DNA of 63,557 bases, filler included, from Chiloscyllium plagiosum (GCF_004010195.1; 6 parts of one record of this genome joined end to end with filler, not necessarily neighbours in it), one strand, 5' to 3'. Shown: positions 37,899 through 52,259, counted from the first letter of the whole stretch. Notes: generated by a model not told the origin, from the letters alone. Program-made: numbers and translations.

Positions 37899-38620
37899 AG
37901 GACAGAACGCCCCTGGTGCTCACCTTCCACCCTACCAACCTTCGCATAAACCAAATCATCCGCTGACATTTCTGCCACCTCCAAACAGACCCCACCACCA
38001 GGGATATATTTCCCTCCCCACCCCTTTCTGACTTCCGCAAAGACTGTTCCCTCCGTGACTACCTGGTCAGGTCCATGCCCCCCTACAACCAACCCTCCCA
38101 TCCTGGCAACTTTCCCCTGCCACCGCAGAAACTGTAAAACCTGTGCCCACACCTCCTCCCTCACCTCTATCCAAGGCCCTAAAGGAGCCTTCCACATCCA
38201 TCAAAGTTTTACGTGCACATCCACTAATATCATTTATTGTATCCGTGGCTCCCGATGCGGTCTCCTCTACATTGGGGAGACTGGGCACCTCCTAGCAGAG
38301 CGCTATAGGGAACATCTTCGGGACACCCGCACCAATCAACCACACCGCCCCGTGGCCCAACATTTCAACTCCCCCTCCCACTCTGCTGAGGACATGGAGG
38401 CCCTGGGCCTCCTTCACCGCCGCTCCCTCACCACCAGATGCCTGGAGGAAGAACGCCTCATCTTCCACCTCGGAACACTTCAACCCCAGGGCATCAATGT
38501 GGACTTCAACAGTTTCCTCATTTCCCCTTCCCCCACCTCACCCCAGTTCCAAACTTCCAGCTCAGCACTGTCCCCATGACTTGTCCGGACTTGTCCTACC
38601 TGCCTATCTCCTTTTCCACC
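37899..38620 (+). mobile_element. Penelope-like element, GIY-YIG region
   Basis: PCHRRNCKTC...NIIYCIRGSRCGLLYIGETG...ERYREH...LGTLQPQGIN. Confidence 0.95.
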
Positions 38621-40577
38621 NNNNNNNNNNNNNNNNNNNNNNNNNNNNNNNNNNNNNNNNNNNNTTAATTAATTAANNNNNNNNNNNNNNNNNNNNNNNN
38701 NNNNNNNNNNNNNNNNNNNNGAGAGGTTGACTGAGCTCGGACTTTTTTCATTGGAGAAAAGGAGGAGAAGAGGGAACCTAATTGAGGTATACAAGATAAT
38801 GAAAGGCATAGATAGAGTCGATAGCCAGAGACTGTTTCCCAGGGCAGAAATGACTAACACGAGGGGTCATAGTTTTAAGCTGGTTGGAGGAAAGTATAGC
38901 GGGGATGTCAGAGGCGGGTTCTTTACACAGAGAGTTGTGAGAGCATGGAATGCGTTGCCAGCAGCAGTTGTGGAGGCAGGGTCATTGGGGACATTTAAGA
39001 GACTCCTGGACATGCATATGGTCACAGAAATTTGAGGGTGCGGACATGAGGATCAGTGGTTGGCACAACATTGTGGGCTGAAGGGCCTGTTCTGTGCTGT
39101 GCTGTTCTATGTTCTATGTTCTAACAGAGATGATGGTAAAAGAGGGGGTAGTGTGGCATTGTTCATCAAGAGTAGTATTACAGCAGCTGAGATAATGTTT
39201 GAGGACTCATCCACTGAGGTAGTTTGGGCTGAGGTTAGAAGCAGGAAAGGAGAGGTCACCCAGTTGGGAGTTTTCTATAGGCCTTCGAATTGTTCTAGGA
39301 ATGTAGAACAAAGGATAGCAAAGATGATTCTCGATAGGAGTGAGAGTAACAGGTTAGTTGTTATGGGGTCTTTAACTTCCCCAATATTGATTGGGAATGC
39401 TATAATTCAAGTAGTTTGATGGGTCAGTTTTTGTTCACTGTGTGCAGGAGGGTTTTCTGACACAGTATGTTGACAGGCCAACAAGGGGCAATGTCATACT
39501 GGATTTGGTACTGGGTAATGGAAGCAGCCAGGTATTAGATTTGGAGGGAGGTCAGCACTCTGGTGATATGACCACAATTTGTTTATGTCTACAATAGCAA
39601 TGCGCAGGGATAGGAATATACCACAGGGAAAGAGGTATAATTTGGGGAAAGGCAATTCTGATGCGATTAGGCAGGATTTAGGATGCATAGGATGGTTAAG
39701 GAAATTGCATGGGATGGACAAAATCGAAATGTGGAGCTTATTCAAGGAACAGCTACTGAGGGTCCTTGATAAGTATATACCTATCAGGGAGGGAGGTAGT
39801 TGTTGAGAGAGGGAGCTATGGTTTACTAAAGAAGTTGAAGCTCTAGTCAAGAGAAAGAAGAAGGCTTATGTGAGGATGAGGCATGAAGGCTCAGTTAGGG
39901 AGCTTGAGAGGTTATAAGTTAGCCAGAAAAGATCTAAAGGGAGGGCTAAGAAGAGCCAGGAGGGGACATGAGAAGTTCTTGGGCAGATAGAATCAAGGAA
40001 ACACTAAGGTCTTCTATAGGTATATCAGGAATAAAAGAATGACTTGAGTAAGATTAGGGCCAATCAAAGACAGTAATGGGAAGTTGTGTGTGGAATCTGA
40101 AGACACAGGGGAAGCGCTTAATGAATACTTTTCGTCAATATTCACATTGTAAAAGGGCAATATTAGTGAGAATACAGAGATACAGGCCACTAGATTGGAT
40201 GGGATTGTGGTGACAAAGAGGAGGTTTTAGCAATTTTGGAAAATCTGAAAATAGATAAGACCCCTGAGCTGGACGGGATTTAACCTAGAATTCTCTGGGA
40301 AGCCAGGGAGGAGATTGCTGAGCCTTTGGCTTTGATCTTCATGTCACCATTGTCGACAGAAATAGTGCCAGAAGACAGGAGGATAGCAAATGTTGTTCCC
40401 TTGTTTAAGAAGGGGAGTCGGGACAACCCTGGTAATTATAGGCCAGTGAGCCTTACTTCGGCTCTGGGTAAGATATTGGAAAAGGTTGCGAGAGAGGATT
40501 TATAATCATCTGGAAAGGAATAATTTGATTAGGGATAATCAACACAATTTTGTGAAGTGTAGATCATGCCTAACCTA

Positions 40578-42331
40578 GGAGAAAGTGAGGACTGCAGATG
40601 CTGGAGGTCAGAGCTTAAAAATGTGTTGCTGGAAAAGCGCAGCAGGTCAGGCAGCATCAAAGGAACAGGAGAATCGACGTTTCGGGCATGAGCCCTTCTT
40701 CAGGAATGAGGAGGGTGTGCCAAGCAGGCTAAGATAAAAGGTAGGGAGGAGGGACTTGGGGGAGGAGCGTTGGAAATGCATTAGGTGGAAGGAGGTTAAG
40801 GTGAGGGTGATTGGCCGGAGAGGGGGTGGGGGCGGAGAGGTCGGGAAGAAGATTGCAGGTCAAGAAGGCAGTGCTGAGTCTGAAGGTTGGGACTGAGAAA
40901 AGGTGGGGGGAGGGGAAATGACGAAGCTGGAGAAATCTGCATTCATCCCTTGTGGTTGGAGGGTTCCTAGGCNNNNNNNNNNNNNNNNNNNNNNNNNNNN
41001 NNNNNNNNNNNNNNNNNNNNNNNNNNNNNNNNNNNNNNNNNNNNNNNNNNNNNNNNNNNNNNNNNNNNNNNNNNNNNNNNNNNNNNNNNNNNNNNNNNNN
41101 NNNNNNNNNNNNNNNNNNNNNNNNNNNNNNNNNTGGCGGTTGGAGGGGCGGGGTTCAAGGGCAGAGGAGCAGGAAGTGGAGGAGATGCGGTGAAGGGCAT
41201 CGTCAACCACGTCTGAGGGGAAATTGGGGTCTTTGAAGAAGGAGGCCATCTGGGTTGTTCGGTATTGGAATTGGTCCTCCTGGGAGCAGTTGCGGCGAAG
41301 GAATTGGGAATATGGGATTGCCTTTTTACAGGGGGCAGGGTGGGAGGAGGTGTAATCTAGGTAGCTGTGGGAGTCAGTCGGTTTATAGTAAACGACCGTG
41401 TTGAGTCGGTTGTCCGAGATAGAAATGGAGAGGTCTAGGAAGGGGAGGGAGGAGTCTGAGATGGTCCAGGTAAATTTGAGGTCGGGGTGGAAGGTGTTAG
41501 TAAAGTGGATGAACTGTTCAATCTCCTCATGGGAGCACGAGGTAGCGCCGATACACTCATCGATTTAGCGGAGGAAAAGGTGGGGGGGTGGTGCTAATGA
41601 AGCTGAGGAAGATGGATTGTTCCACATATCCAACGAAGAGGCAGGCATAGCTGGGGTCCATGCGGGTGCCCATGGCTAATACTTTGGTTTGGAGGAAGTG
41701 GGAGGATTGGAAAGAGAAGTTGTTCAGAGTGAGGACCAGTTCAGTCAGTCAAAGGAGGGTGTCAGTGGAAGGGTACTGGTTGTTACGGCGGGAAAGGAAG
41801 AAGTGGAGGGTTTTGAGGCCTTCGTGTTGGGGGATGGAGGTGTATAGGGATTGGATGTTCATGGTGAAGATAAGGCATTGGGGGCCGAGGAAGCGAAAAT
41901 CATGGAGGAGGTGGAGGGCGTGGATGGTGTCCTGAACGTAGGTGGGGAGTTCTTGGACTAAGGAGGACAGGACCGTGTCAAGCTATGCAGAAATGAGTTC
42001 AGTGGGGCAGGAGCAGGCTGAGACAATGGGTCGGCCGGGGCAGTCAGATTTGTGGATTTTGGGCAGGAGGTAGAAATGGGTGGTGCGGGGTTGTGGGACT
42101 ATGAGGTTGGAGACGGTGGATGGGAGATCCCCTGAGGTGATGAGGTTATGGATGGTCTGGGAGATGATGGTTTGGTGGTGGGAGGTGGGGTCATGGTCAA
42201 GGGGGCAGTAGGAGGAGGTCTCCGCAAGCTGGCGTTTAGCCTCAGCAATATAAAGATCGGTGCGCCAAACTACCACTGCGCCTCTCTTGTCTGCCGGTTT
42301 GATGGTGAGGTTGGGGTTGGAGCGGAGGGAG
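40578..42331 (-). mobile_element. Penelope-like element (RT to tail) with about 11-bp TSD
   Basis: FYLLPKIHKSDCPGRPIVSACSCPTE; AMGTRMDPSYACLF; tgcctaaccta (40567-40577) and tgcctaactta (42332-42342). Confidence 0.95.
40672..40708 (-). ncRNA. Minimal hammerhead ribozyme motif, best-preserved copy
   Basis: Minus strand: CTGAAGA-A-GGGC(TCAT)GCCC-GAAA-C-GTC. All core nucleotides present; palindromic ACGT stem III. Confidence 0.8.
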
Positions 42332-44499
42332 TGCCTAACTTACCTTATTGAGTTCTTTGAGAAGGTGACAAAAGAGGTGGATGAAGGTAAAGCAGCCAAT
42401 GTGGTGTGTATGGATTTCAGTAAGGCATTGATAAGGTTCCACATGGTAGGCTATTGCACAAAATACGGAGTTTCAGGATTGAAGGTAATTTAATGGTTTG
42501 GATCAGAAATTGGCAAGCTGAAACAAAGTTAGTGGTGGTTGATGGGAAATGTTCATTCTGGAGCTCAGTTACCAATGGTGTGCTGCAAGGATCTGTTTTG
42601 GGGCCATTGCTGTTTGTCATTTTTATAAATGATCTGGGAGTGGGCATAGAAGGATGGGTTAGTAAATTTGTGGATGACACTTAAGGTAGGCAGAGTTGTG
42701 GATAGTGCCAAAGGATGTTGTGGGTTACAGAGGGAGATAAATAAGATGCAGAGCTGGGCTGAGAAGTGACAAATGGAGTTTAATGTGGAAAAGTGTGAGG
42801 TAGTTCACTTCAGAAGAAGTAACAAGAATGCAGAGTATTGAGCTCATGGTAAAATTCTTGGCAGTGTGGATGAGATCTCGGTGTCCAGGTGCATAAATCC
42901 CTGAAAGTTGCCACTCAGGTTGATAGGGTTATTAAGAAGGTATACGGTGTGTTAGCATTTATTGGTAGGGGGATTGAGTTTCAGAGCCACAAGATCATGC
43001 TGCAGCTCTACTTAATGCTGGTAAGGCCGCACTTGGAGTATTGCGTGCAGTTCTGGTCACTGCATTATAGGAAGGAAGTGGAAGCTTTGGAAAGGGTTCA
43101 GAGGAGATTTACTAAGACGTTGCCTGGTATGGAGGGGAGGTCTTACAAGGAAAGGCCGAGGGAACTGAGGCTGTTTTCATTGGAGAGAAGAAGGTTGAGA
43201 TGTGACCTAATTGTGATGTATAAGATAATCAGAGGGTTAGAGAGGGTGGACAGTGAGAGCCTTGTCCCTCTGATGGTGAAGGCTAACACGAGGGAACATA
43301 GCTTTAAATTGAGGGGTGATGGATTTAGTTCAGATATCAGGGATAGTTTCTTTACTCAGAGAGTAATAAGGGCTAGAACGGCTTGCCTGCAACAATAGTA
43401 GACTCGCTGACATGAAGGACATTTAAATGGGCATTGGACATACATATAGATAACAATAAAATGGTATAGGTTAGATGGGCATCAGATTAATTTCACAGGT
43501 TGGTCAAACATCAAGGGCCAAAGGGCCTATACTGTGCTGTAACATTCTATGTTCTATGTTTTATGTAATCCCACAGTTGGTTCAGACTAAAAATGAGCAC
43601 TGAGTGAAAATTCTCCATTCATTTTGGCTGATGGTGTGCTTTCATTGGAAAAGACTAGAAAATGGCTCCCTGAGCAAATATAGCATTTTCACTAAGTGCG
43701 GTCTACCTGATGTATCAGGTGCATCTTGGGGTGGCTTGGAAGGATGTGATTGTTTAAAAGCTTAATGGTTTTGTTATTGTCATGTGGGCAGAAGAACTAA
43801 AAGGTGATCCAGATGTTATCAGGTGACTGTGTTGGCGATGATACAGCTTTCAGGCAATTTATAGGTTTTAAAAAGGCAGGTTGCAAATGACATATACACA
43901 CACCATCACCCCACCCCACAAAAAATCCCAGCCCCCACCCACCCCATCACATGGTGCATGAGAAACGGTCTATAAAACATGCTGTGGTATATTATCGACA
44001 ATGAACAAAGTGTCTTCCAGGATTTGAGGTTGTACCTAATGTCCCATCACAAAACCAAGCCCCTCATTTAAATTTAGCAAAACATTCCAAATAATTGATG
44101 GCAAATGCATATCCGCAATTTCTTGAATGATACAGTTTGAACTCTAGCAACCAGTAAAAACAGTGATATATAAACTGGGAAATTAACTCAAAATAATCAA
44201 GAATATGAGAACACACTGAAAATCCAACTAGCGCTTGGATCACAATCAAAATGACCTCAAGCAGAACTTTCAGCTCATTTTAAGGATCCTACAAATGGTG
44301 GAGAGCAGATACAATGGGCTGAATGGCTGACTTTTGCTCCTGTGTTTTATGGCCTTAAGATAGTCCCGGGATTCCCAAAGAGTTTTTTTCTTGTTGAGAG
44401 GTGAAAATAGGATATTGCGAGCAAATATAAATTATACAGTGGATTATTAATGAAATAATTTAATAATACAATGAGACTGCATATTGTTGGTACCATGGG

Positions 44500-45640
44500 A
44501 GACTGGTGAGCAAGGTAAGATCTCATTGAAAACAGGGAGAACTCGCCATTTGGATATAGAACTGGCTGAAAGGTAGAAGACAGAGGGTGGTGGTGGAGGG
44601 TTGTTTTTCAGACTGGAGACCTGTGCCCAGTGGAGTGCCACAAGGATCAGTACTGGGTTCACTGCATTTCATCATATATATAAATTATTTGGATGCGAGC
44701 ATAAGAGGTAGGGTTAGTAAGTTTGCAGATGACACCAAAATTGGAGGTGTAGTGAACAGCGAAGAAGATTATCTCAGATTACAACAGGATCTTGATCAGA
44801 TGGGCCAATGGGCTTAGAAGTGGCAGTTGGAGTTTCATTTAGATAAATGCGAGGTGCTGCATTTTGGGAAAGCAAATCTTAGCAGGACTTATACACTTAA
44901 TGGTAAGGTCCTTGGGAGTGTTGCTGAACAAAGAGACCTTGGAGTGCAGGTTCATAGCTCCTTGAAAGTGGAGTTGCAGGTAGATAGGATAGTGAAGAAG
45001 GCGTTTGGTATGCTTTCCTTTATTTGTCAGAATATTGAGTACAGGAGTTGGGAGGTCATGTCGCGGCTGTACAGGACATTGGTTAGGCCACTGTTGGAAT
45101 ATTGTATCCAATTCTGGTCTCCTTCCTATTGGAAAGATGTTGTGAAACATGAAAGGGTTCAGAACATATTTACAAGGATGTTGCCAGAGTTGGAGGATTT
45201 GAGCTATCGAGAGACGTTGAAAAGGCCTGGGCTGTTTTCCCTGGAGCGTCGGAGGCTGAGGGGTGACCTTATAGAGGTTTATAAAATCATGAGGGGCATG
45301 GATAGGATAAATAGACAAAGTCTTTTCTCTGGGGTGGGGGAGTCCACAACTAGAGGGCATAGGTTTAGGGTGAGAGGGGAAAGATATAAAAGAGACTTAA
45401 GAGGCAACTTTTTCACACAGAGAGTGGTGCGTATATGGAATGAGCTGCCAGAGGAAGTGGTGGAGGCTGGTACAATTGCAATATTTAAGAGGCATTTGGA
45501 ACGGTATATGAATAGGAAGGGTTTGGAGGGATATGAGCCAGGTGCTGGCAGGTGGAACTAGACTGGGTTGGGATATCTGGTTGGCATGGACAGGTTGGAC
45601 TGAAGGGTCTGTTTCTGTGCTGTACATCTCTATGATTCTC
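44500..45640 (+). mobile_element. CR1 (HER1-like) RT to 3' end, young
   Basis: SGVPQGSVLG..KFADDTK; 244-aa open C-terminal region; ctctatgattct tail. Confidence 0.96.
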
Positions 45641-45964
45641 AAACAAGGTCTCAGATTATGCCCAAAATATTCTAATGGAAATTGAGCAACTCTTCACTCG
45701 CTAAAGGCCAGCCACTTGCTCTACAACAGTTTGGCTGAAAGTATTACTTACCTGCTCACTTTGCTTGGTGCAAGTTTGCAAGGTGTCAGCAGGGTGCAGT
45801 TTTTAAATTGCATGGCACAGTCTTATTTTTGTTCCAATTCCAGTAACCAGACTTACACTTACAGTCCCAGGGGCTTTCCTCAAGTGTTTGAAATAAATGG
45901 GTCTACTCCCTTGTGGTGTAAACTGCTTTCACCATTGTGTGAATCCACACTATTTCTTTATAAT

Positions 45965-46100
45965 TTGGAGGTGCCAGTGGTGGACAAAGTTAAAAATCAC
46001 ACAACACCAGGTTATAGTCCAACAGGTTTATTTGGAAGCACTAGCTTTCTTCATCTGCTCCACAATCTGTTGGACTATAACCTGGTGTTGTATTATTTTT
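45965..46100. mobile_element. Small fold-back remnant of the second Penelope tail
   Basis: acaacaccaggttatagtccaacag ... ctgttggactataacctggtgttgt inverted pair. Confidence 0.75.
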
Positions 46101-46834
46101 GATGGCTGTCCAACTCCATGTTTTACTATGGCAGACTTCAGCAGGGGTTAAATACTTGCATTACAAGGCACCCAAACTTCCCAAAGTTTATTCCTCAGAG
46201 TATTTTTCAACATTACTGGTGTTTGGTGTTCCTTCTTTTTGTGATGCTGAGGCACTTTCACCCTTGCCCATCCCTGAATCACAATCTGTGTGTACTTCAA
46301 ACAATGGAATCACTTGCTTAAGGTGACAAATATTTTCTCCAAGTGTTGATTTGCATTGCCAGCTGTGCTTCATTATGTGCAATCTCACCTAGGGACAGCA
46401 AAAAGGTGTTGCAACCATACTTCAAACCATTCTATATTTGGATTTGTAGCCTTAAGTTCCATATTGTTATGTCTGAAAACATATTTTCATTGCAGTAACA
46501 TCACAAGTCAACAAATTCTGACAAAATAAAAGGAAACAGAAACTGCAGATTGCCCAAGTAGAAGCCTTCAAATCAACAACTTCCAATCATCTTGCAGATT
46601 CTTGGAATCTTGTCATTGATTCTGACTGGGACTGAAGACTTTAATTTGAAAACAGATAGCATGGGTCTGTAAATAATCATTCAGCTCATAAAACCTGCTC
46701 CTACCATCCCCTGGTGTATTTTATGGGATCTCCTCAGTTACTTAACCTCCTAAAGGAAAATCCTGTATAAATTCTACCAAAAAGCTAACGAAGCAGAGCT
46801 CTAGATTAGCATTTATTCTCAACAACATCCTCCA

Positions 46835-46975
46835 CTTCTGAGGAAGGGTCACTGGACACTGTTAATTCTGATTTGTCTCCACAGATGCTGCCAGACCTGT
46901 TGAGCTTTTCCAGCAATTACTGTTTTTGTTTCTGATTTACTACATCCACAGTTCTTTCAGTTTTTATTTCAGATT
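46835..46975 (+). mobile_element. Penelope tail of a third, older family
   Basis: ctgaggaagggtcactggac...tctccacagatgctgccagacctg; reverse complement of the 19100-type tails. Confidence 0.65.
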
Positions 46976-47399
46976 CCTCCTCCACTATCCAACACTGACT
47001 AACTACCTTCCCAATTAACAATTCCTTTCTGTTATCTGACAGCATAGTAATCATCACATTACATGATCATTTCAAAGCCTGCCAATATTAATAGCATCCA
47101 AACCTGTATTTCTGAAGGTTTTGCAGATTTATAACAGATTAAAGCCCAGATGAAACCTCGCCAAATTTTATTTTACTTATCTTTAGTTTCTCATGATCCT
47201 CAAGGAATCTCCTAATCACTGTGTTATCGCATTCAAGGATAGCTAGTAAATGCAAATAATTCATAGGACAAGCCAGGTGATGTTTTGGTACTTAGTGCTG
47301 CTGGCACCACATGTAATGACATTATTATTACTGGCTTATTACTGCAGAAACACGGGGTGACAGCAATAAATAAAAATAATGCTGGCTAGCAACATCGAG

Positions 47400-47850
47400 A
47401 ACAGTGCCTGGACTTCAGGAGAGATTATACAAATTCAGCCAGTTGTCTCTATAATTTAGAAGGTTATGGGGTGATCTGATTGAAATCTTCAAGTTGATAA
47501 CAGATAAACGCAGGTTAGATAAAGATAAACTATTTCCACTGCTAGGGAATTCTAGAACCAGGAGGCATAGTCTAAGAATAAAGGCCAGACTGTTCAGGAG
47601 AGATAGAAAATTAGAAAATTAGTTAGTTAGAAAGCACATAAGGTAGCAGATATCTGGAACTGTCTTGAACACTGTATCAGTTGGTACCTTTAAATCTGAA
47701 ATAGATGATTTTTTTGTTAAGCAAACATATTAAGGAATATGGGCCAAAGGCAGGTATTATGGCTTTAGGCAACAGATAAATCATGATCTTATTGAATGCT
47801 GGAACAGTCTCAAGGTCTGCATACCCTACTCCTGTTCCTATGTTCCTATC
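47400..47850 (+). mobile_element. Decayed CR1 3' end
   Basis: ggggtgatctgattgaaatcttcaag; cctactcctgttcctatgttccta tail. Confidence 0.75.
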
Positions 47851-49194
47851 TCCTGACTGTCTGAAGTGTCTCTTGTTACATCTCAGTAGAAATGTATTTG
47901 TCACTTCATAAAATTAATTGGACAGTTCTGAACACAATACCATAAAATTCGACAAAATAGAGTATGAGCACCTTCACCGTTAATAATAGGGTTGTGACAA
48001 TTAAGAATGACAATCAGATTCAACACATTTGACAGATATCAATATTCAGATAAAACTACAAGTTAACTGTTTAGTGAGTCAGATATCTGGATTGTACATC
48101 TTCTGAGCAGGATTCCCTCATCTTCTATAACCCCCTGAGTTCTCACTTAAAATTGACTAACAAGCATAGCAATAAGAACAAAATCTTTACATGCCCATTG
48201 GAGGGATTGTGTGTCTGGGCCTGTTCCAATTCTGAAGGCACACCCTTGATGTGATTTGCTAGAATTTGGAAGGGAATGGGTTTTTCTCACATAATTGATT
48301 CAGATCTATCTCCATTTAATCACCTGAATTCATCCGATAAAAATAACTGACTATTCGTTGGCTTGGCTATAGTCATTGCATTTCTGCTATTAACAGTGAA
48401 CAACTTTTAAAAATGTGTGAAGAACATACGAATTAGGAGCAGGAGAAGACCACTCACTTATTCTAAGTCTACCTCACCATTTAATAAGATTATGGCTGTT
48501 CTGATTGTAACTTTAACAAATGGACATTCTTCCGGGTGAACAGGGATGAACTGGCTCTCCCTTTTCTTTAACTCAATTGGTTGTATCAAGGTTAATTGGA
48601 AAAGGATGGGTTACCTCATGGATATCTTCTCCCAATCCAAATGTGTTTATGCTTTAACAGGACTCTAATTAACCAGTCTTTCTTCACTTAAAGAAAGGGC
48701 GAATTTATCAGCTATGAAATACATTAAAAGATAATAAAATATTATACAACTATGTACAGATCAGAAAGGAATGAAAATGATAGCAACTAAAAAGATATAA
48801 AAATCAATCTCTTGTTTCCATGAAGAGTAGATGGTGGTACATTATATCTGTTCACTTGGGTGAGACTGATAGTGCTGAAATTTATAATTTAGCAGTTGAT
48901 TTTGAGGTTCTTGTCTCAGCAAGCTAACCAAAAGCTTTTACCTTGCTTTCCTTTCAACAGAGATTTCATTGAATTTCCTGGCCTTTAGTACTCAGAGGAG
49001 AAAGGAGTCTCTCTTTACCTGCAGTGTAGAAATATCGAATGGCTGTTGTTAAACTCAGACCTTCATAGCTATGTAGCACAAGAGCCCACTATCACACTGA
49101 GATCCATCTATCTAACTGTTAACTCACTGAACAAAGTGCATCCACAAGCTTTTCACCTTTCTTTATAATTAATTCACAAATTAATTATCCATCC

Positions 49195-51640
49195 TTATGC
49201 TTGAGAAAGTGATGCAGAGCACTCTTCTTGAACCATTGCAGTCCTTTAGGCTGTAGGGAAACACACAGTGCTTTGAGGAAGGGACTTTCCGAATTATGAC
49301 CCTGACAATGAAGGAGTGTTATGTTTACAATTCAGAATGGGTGTGTGGCATAGAGGGTAACTTGCAGGTATTAGTGTACCCACACATCTGCTACCACAGT
49401 CCTTCCAGTTAGTCGAGGTGATGATTTGGAAGGTGCTATCGAAGGATCTCTGTCAGTTACTGCAATGCATTTTGTAGTGGTACACCTAGTGCTGCTACTG
49501 AGCTTCAGTGGTGAAGGGGTTAATGTTGAAAATGAGGTGCCACTTAAATGGGATGCTTTGTCCTGGGTGGTATCGAGCTTCTTGAGTGTTGTTGGAGATA
49601 CACCCACTAGGCAAATGGGGAGTATTCCATCACACTCCTGCCCTTGCGCCTTGTACTTGGTGTACAGGCACTGAGTGGATTGGAGGTGGGTTATTCACCA
49701 CAGAATTCCTAAACTCTGATCTGCTATTGTAACCACAGTATTTATATGACTGTGCCAGTTCAGCTTCTGGTCAAACATATATCAGCTTTATTCACTTCTT
49801 GTAAATGAGGACAGTTCAAAACAGAAGTGAGAGGGAGTGAACTGGATGTAAACCATCAAAATAAACCACAAAGCTGTCAGTTTGGAATCTGCCATCCTAG
49901 TTAAGGGTGGCAGATTTTCAAACTCTCAAGAGCATTAGCTAACCAGATATATTTTTACAGCAATTAATGCTAGCTTTGTAGTCAGTATGACTGGGGCTGG
50001 TTTTGAATTTCAGAGTGTTTAACTGCACTTAAATTCTACCAGCTGCAAATTTAAGGGCTCAGATTTGAACCTGTGCTCCATGACCAATAAGTCTCTGGAT
50101 TACTCATCCAGTGACATGACCGTTAATGGTGCAGCCACCGTATATAGTCACCCTGTGGTGGATCCAGTTTAGGAATTGGTTGGAATTTCAACAAAAATGT
50201 TTCACAAAAGAGACATTGGAGGCAGGGACAGATGTGGAGAGTTCATGTCAGAGGGTGCAATCCTCATGTCAGGCTGCTCAGCTGCACATATACTGAGCAC
50301 CCGGGATAATTGTAGGTCAACAGAATAATAGGCCTACAGCGACTTAGTCAAGCACTAACAGAATGCCATGGACAATCTCCACTGTAATGGACATGATGGA
50401 GCAATCCAACTTGAATAGAAGTAGAGTGGACATACAAAGAAGGTGAACGTAACTATGCTTCACATCAAGGCTACGTGTGACTGTGTTTGGCATCAAGCAG
50501 CCCTATCAAAACTGGAGCCAATGGGAAGCAGGAGAAAAGACTCCACTGACTGTAGTCACATCTAGCACAAAGGAAGACAATGTAGTTGTTGGAGATCAGT
50601 CATTTCAGATCCAGGACATTTCTGCAGAAACTGCTCTGTGGCCCAGCCATCTTCAGCTGCTTCAACAATGGCCTTCCTTCCATCATAAGGTCAGAAGTAG
50701 GGTGTACGCTGAATAACGTTTAGTACCATTTGCAACTCCATAATACTTCCTGGGTTGAAAACTGTGGTGCTGGAAAAGCGCAACAGGCCAGACAGCATCC
50801 GAGGAGCAGGAGAATTGGCATTTCGGGCATAAGCCCTTCTTCAGGAATGAGGCTGGTGTGCCAAGCGCGCTGGGATAAAAGGTGGGAGGGGGGGAGGGGA
50901 ATTTGGGGGAGGGGCGCTGGGTTCTGATAGGTGGAAGGAGGTGAGGGTGAGGGTGAGGGTGATAGGCCGGAGAGGGGGTGGGGGCGGAGAGGTCGGGAAG
51001 AAGATTGCAGGTCAAGAGGGCGGTGCTGAATCTGGGGGTTGGGACTGAGATAAGGTGGGGGGAGGGGAAATGAGGAAGCTGGAGAAATCTACATTCATCC
51101 CATGTGGTTGGAGGGTTCCTAGGCGGAAGATGAGGCGCTCTTCCTCCGGGCGTCGTGTGGCCAGGGCCTGGCGATGGAGGAGGCCAAGAACCTTCCTGGG
51201 TTACCTGGTTGAGTGCAGCTCTAACAACATGTGAGAAACCTGATAATGTGTGGGACAAAGCAACCGGCTTAATTGACACACAGCTACAAACATCCGATTT
51301 CCCCAACACTGACATTGAATAGGAGCAGTATACTATACAAGCTCCACCTGCCGAAATTCACCAAGCATCCTGAGGCAGCACCTTCCAAACACATGACCAT
51401 TGCCACCTGAACAAGGGCTGCAGATATAGCATCACCAGCAAGTTCCCATTCAATCCAATCATCATCCAGGAAATATATCCCTGTTCCATAAGTGTCACTG
51501 GGTCAAAATCCTGAAAGTCCCTTCCTAACGGCCTTTGGGTTTACTTATATTAAATGGACTATAGAAGGCAGCTCCGCCCCACCTTCTAGAGGGCAACTAC
51601 AAACAATAAGTGCAGGCCCAGCCAGAGACACCCATTTTCT
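49195..51640. mobile_element. Older CR1/L2-superclade LINE fragments (minus 49195-49780, plus about 50440-51640) and a SINE relic
   Basis: MGVSPTTLKKLDTTQDKASHL; cttcacatcaaggctacgtgtgac; same tail as 8130-8437. Confidence 0.7.
50757..51191 (-). mobile_element. Penelope 3' fragment with 11-bp TSD
   Basis: cttcctgggtt at 50746-50756 and 51192-51202. Confidence 0.92.
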
Positions 51641-52259
51641 GGAAGGAGACTGCAGGTATCTGGGATCTTCTGCTGAGACAACCTGAGCCAATGGAAACTC
51701 TGCACTGTGTTAAAGAAGTTGAGCCTCTGTCACAGATCCTGGAGCTAAATAATACCATCAGTGACCTTGGCTCTTATTTGCTTACCTCTCAGTTATTCCT
51801 CACTATGCTCTCCTCTCATCAGTACTCGAGGAAAATGGAAACATTGAAAAAAGTAACAGGAATAGGCAAGTCAGCCCATAAGGTCTGCTCTACCATCCAA
51901 CATGATCCTGGCTGATCTCGTTGTCATTCCCCCACTTACTTTCATACCTTTACCCTCTAGAAATCTATTTATTTTGTAAAAATATTCAGTGATTTGGCCT
52001 CCATGGCCTTCTGTGGTAAGGAATTTCATAGGTTCTATGAAAATTGCATCATGTCGCTGTGCAGACTGCATGAATCACAAAGAGTTGCTTTGCAGGCATA
52101 GCAGGTAACTACGACGGTAAATGGAATAATGTCCACCATTGCTAGAGGGATGCAGTTTAAAAATAGAAAGGAAATACTGCAACTGCATAGGATGGTGGTG
52201 AGATCACACTTGAGTATTGTGTACAGTTTGAGTATCCTTACTTGAGAAAGGATGTACTG

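Larger units (their letters stand above)
38721..43565 (+). mobile_element. CR1 copies: a 3' end (38721-39125) and a long decayed ORF2 (39125-43565) split by Penelope
   Basis: LGVFYRPSNC; NYRPVSL-like region; CLTYLIEFFEKVTK; GVLQGSVLGPLLFVIFINDL; HLEYCVQFWS. Confidence 0.92.

Noticed and set aside
44839..45360. Recurrent antisense ORFs (MPSSCGLP..., also 12438-12887 and 61898-62380)
   Set aside because: Opposite-strand shadows of CR1 ORF2, not independent genes.
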